From contig JAKAHS010000001.1 of NCBI GenBank assembly GCA_021814825.1, positions 16,697-51,113 on the forward strand: a stretch of DNA of 34,417 nt, given 5' to 3'. This document shows positions 32,515 to 34,417 of the stretch, piece by piece. The notes beneath the pieces are model-generated. The model worked only from the letters and a program-made list of their open reading frames with translations, was not told the origin of the DNA and ran no database searches. Numbering within the stretch: the first letter of the stretch is position 1; every line of letters begins with the position of its first letter. Made by a program: the position numbers and the translations under genes. This DNA comes from a bacterium (GTDB lineage: Bacteria; Patescibacteriota; Minisyncoccia; Phycocordibacterales; SBAW01).

Positions 32515-33015
32515 ATGATCCATATCATCGCCGCCCTAGGAAAGAACCGTGAACTCGGCAAAGATAATGCGCTGCTGTGGCATATCCCGGAGGATCTGCG
32601 GCACTTCAAGGAGCTCACGCTCGGACACCCGGTCATCGTGGGGCGCAAAACATCCGATTCGATCGTTGCTGCACTCGGAGGACCTTTGCCAGGGCGCACC
32701 AATATCGTGGTCACGCGCACCCACAGAGGGGAACCCTCTGTCCCAGAGGGTTCCCCTCTGTGGGTGCGGTCGCTTGAAGATGCATTGGCGCGAGCACAAA
32801 AAATTGACCGGGATGTCTTTGTGATCGGTGGAGCGCAACTATACGAACAAGCGCTGCCGCACGCCGACCTGCTCCACCTCACGCTCATCGACGACGCGCG
32901 AGATGCCGATTCATTCTTCCCGCCATACGAACATGAGTTCAAAGAAATGAGCACAAGCCAGTGGCATGAGCGCAGCGGCACGCGCTACCGCTTCGCGGAG
33001 TTTAAAAGGAACTAG
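32515..33015 (+). CDS. folA: Dihydrofolate reductase
   Basis: IHIIAALGKNRELGKDNALLWHIPEDLRHFKELTLGHPVIVGRKT, PLPGRTNIVV, VFVIGGAQLYEQALP. 166 aa. Confidence 0.9.
   Translation: MIHIIAALGKNRELGKDNALLWHIPEDLRHFKELTLGHPVIVGRKTSDSIVAALGGPLPGRTNIVVTRTHRGEPSVPEGSPLWVRSLEDALARAQKIDRDVFVIGGAQLYEQALPHADLLHLTLIDDARDADSFFPPYEHEFKEMSTSQWHERSGTRYRFAEFKRN
32716..32768. repeat. 53-nt perfect palindrome lying in-frame inside folA
   Basis: CGCACCCACAGAGGGGAACCCTCTG-TCC-CAGAGGGTTCCCCTCTGTGGGTGCG: 25-nt perfect arms. It encodes RTHRGEPSVPEGSPLWVR. Confidence 0.9.
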
Positions 33016-33025
33016 GCTCTAGAAA

Positions 33026-33060
33026 CACAAAAGGGCGCGGCTTCGCCGCGCCCTTTTGTG
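33026..33060. terminator. Bidirectional intrinsic terminator (folA on +, rplK on -)
   Basis: CACAAAA-GGGCGCGGC-TTC-GCCGCGCCC-TTTTGTG. Confidence 0.85.
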
Positions 33061-33083
33061 TTTGAATTTCATATCTTGTAGAT

Positions 33084-33506
33084 CTACTTCACATCCACCC
33101 CCATCGAACGTGCGGTGCCTGCGATGACCTTCATCGCCGCTTCCACGTCGTTGGCATTGAGATCCGGCATCTTCACCTCCGCGATCTCACGCAACTGAGC
33201 GGAGGAAAGCACGCCAACCTTCGACACGTTCGGCTTCTTCGAGCCGCTGTCCTTGCCGATCTTCTTGAGGATCATCTTGGATGCCGGCGGCGTCTTGAGA
33301 ACGAAATCGTACGAACGATCTTCGTATACCGTGATGTTCACTGGAATGATGTCGCCCATCTTGTCAGCGGTCGCCGCGTTGAATTTCGTAACGAAATCAC
33401 CGATGTTGATACCAGCCTGACCGAGCGCGGGCCCGAGTGGAGGCGCGGGGGTAGCCTTCCCCGCCGGCGCCATAACCTTTATTTTTTTGATGACTTTCTT
33501 CGCCAT
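33084..33506 (-). CDS. rplK: 50S ribosomal protein L11
   Basis: [39 protein letters not shown]...; 140 aa. Confidence 0.95.
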   Translation of the reverse strand: MAKKVIKKIKVMAPAGKATPAPPLGPALGQAGINIGDFVTKFNAATADKMGDIIPVNITVYEDRSYDFVLKTPPASKMILKKIGKDSGSKKPNVSKVGVLSSAQLREIAEVKMPDLNANDVEAAMKVIAGTARSMGVDVK

Positions 33507-33533
33507 AATTTTAGAGTGTGGTCAGATACTACC

Positions 33534-34079
33534 TTATATTCGCTTAACCTGCAAGAAATCGAGCTCAACCGGCGTTTCGCGACCGAACATCGAGACCAGC
33601 ACCTTTACCTTGCCGCGTGCCTGATCGACCTCGCCGACCTTACCGTCAAGCTCCTTGAACGGACCGTCGGTGATGACGACCGTGTCGCCCTTCTGCAGGT
33701 CGATCGCATGTTTGACGCCGGTATCCTTCATGCGCGAGAGTAGCGCATCGACTTCGGCATCAGCGAGCGGAACCGCCTTGACGCCGCTCCCCACGAAACC
33801 GGTCACGCGCGGCGTATTGCGCACGACGTTCCACGACTCATCATCGACGACCATATCGACCAACACGTATCCCGGATAGATCTTCTCTTCTTCTTCGACG
33901 CGCTTACCGCCCTTCACTTTTACGGTGTGCTGCGTCGGCACGACCACGCTGAATATCTTGTCTTGCAGACCGAGTGATTCGATACGCTGCGTCAGATTGC
34001 GCGCGACGGCGTTCTCATAGCCAGCGTAGGTATGCACCGCATACCAATGACGACCGGCACTGACATCTTGTTTGGCCAT
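33534..34079 (-). CDS. nusG: Transcription termination/antitermination factor NusG
   Basis: NGN domain (HWYAVHTYAGYENAVARNL...) and KOW motif (GDTVVITDGPFKELDGKVGEVD). secE-nusG-rplK order. Confidence 0.9.
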   Translation of the reverse strand: MAKQDVSAGRHWYAVHTYAGYENAVARNLTQRIESLGLQDKIFSVVVPTQHTVKVKGGKRVEEEEKIYPGYVLVDMVVDDESWNVVRNTPRVTGFVGSGVKAVPLADAEVDALLSRMKDTGVKHAIDLQKGDTVVITDGPFKELDGKVGEVDQARGKVKVLVSMFGRETPVELDFLQVKRI

Positions 34080-34139
34080 AGATGATGATCGAAAGAAAAG
34101 AATGATAAAGATTCAACTCGCCTGTAGAACCGGTGGGAC

Positions 34140-34307
34140 TTAAATGATGCGCTGAATGACCTGAGAAAAACCGAAGTCGAGAATGCCGAGATACGCAGCG
34201 ATGCCGAACGACACGACAATGACCACGGCGGTGTATACGATCGTTTTGTTGCGCGACGGCCATGACACGTGTTTCATTTCCGCGCGGACGTTCTGAAGAT
34301 AGTTCAT
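34140..34307 (-). CDS. secE: Preprotein translocase subunit SecE (55 aa; below the ORF-track cutoff)
   Basis: My translation of the minus strand: MNYLQNVRAEMKHVSWPSRNKTIVYTAVVIVVSFGIAAYLGILDFGFSQVIQRII*. It has the E(M/L)KKV.WP motif plus a single TM helix and lies immediately upstream of nusG. Confidence 0.75.
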   Translation of the reverse strand: MNYLQNVRAEMKHVSWPSRNKTIVYTAVVIVVSFGIAAYLGILDFGFSQVIQRII

Positions 34308-34366
34308 AAGGCTTGGTCTAGGTGAATAAGGTATTTTTAAAAGCCCTCGCGGGCTTCCTTAATCGT

Positions 34367-34394
34367 ACTATACCAGACCGTTACAAAAACACAA
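34367..34394 (-). promoter_or_regulatory. Candidate sigma-70-type promoter for secE-nusG-rplK
   Basis: Minus strand reads TTGTGT (34394-34389), a 16-nt spacer, then TATAGT (34372-34367). A small hairpin AAGCCC-GCGA-GGGCTT (34341-34356) lies between it and secE. Confidence 0.3.
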
Positions 34395-34417
34395 GGGCGC
34401 GCTGGCTTCGCCAGCGC
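34394..34417 (-). terminator. Terminator hairpin of the upstream minus-strand gene (truncated by the window edge)
   Basis: ...AAGGGCGCGCTGGC-TTC-GCCAGCGC| has the same AAAAGGGCGC...GCGCCCTTTT architecture as the terminators at 5609 and 33026. The right arm is cut off. Confidence 0.5.

Overview
This is a densely packed window of mostly minus-strand housekeeping genes. It looks like a small-genome Patescibacteria/CPR (Parcubacteria-like) bacterium. That placement is an inference from three things: a PaaX-like protein with a hydrophobic N-terminus, secreted proteins carrying GYAW/GW(I/L)xF repeats or an 'AWTAP..PPSGNV' N-terminus, and the absence of Shine-Dalgarno motifs at the starts inspected.

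From left to right the window contains:
- the probable last ~25 nt of a 23S rRNA, followed by about 700 nt of repeat-bearing non-coding DNA
- an HTH protein
- ftsK, a small Ig-like membrane protein and recA (+ strand)
- an ECF-type sigma factor with a small membrane protein, divergent from efp
- three secreted or membrane-anchored proteins of unknown function
- rpsF-ssb-rpsR
- a hypothetical protein, tatD, metG, an AI-2E permease and glyQS
- an RCC1-repeat protein
- a 644-aa membrane-anchored multi-beta-sandwich protein, recO, ileS, a PaaX-like protein and argS
- a DUF2914 membrane protein
- a dTMP/folate cluster: glyA-thyA-dcd, a CYTH protein, and folA on the opposite strand
- rplK-nusG-secE

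I found no CRISPR array, transposase, integrase, convincing tRNA or recognisable defence gene.

The most unusual observations are:
1. A complete histidine-phosphatase (PGAM-like) domain is embedded in-frame inside the IleRS catalytic domain.
2. A perfect 25-bp-arm palindrome sits in-frame inside folA, and its 19-nt core recurs exactly in an intergenic spacer 14 kb away.
3. The PaaX-like gene between argS and ileS is bracketed by two related long palindromes, each ending at an ATG.
4. Strictly 8-nt-periodic AGGAAU repeats lie between the stop codon and the terminator hairpin of two unrelated minus-strand genes.
5. A 127-nt element upstream of dcd is closed by a 19-bp perfect inverted repeat.
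6. An RCC1 propeller gene has near-identical blades at the DNA level.

All functional readings of these are hypotheses. None could be checked by search or folding here.
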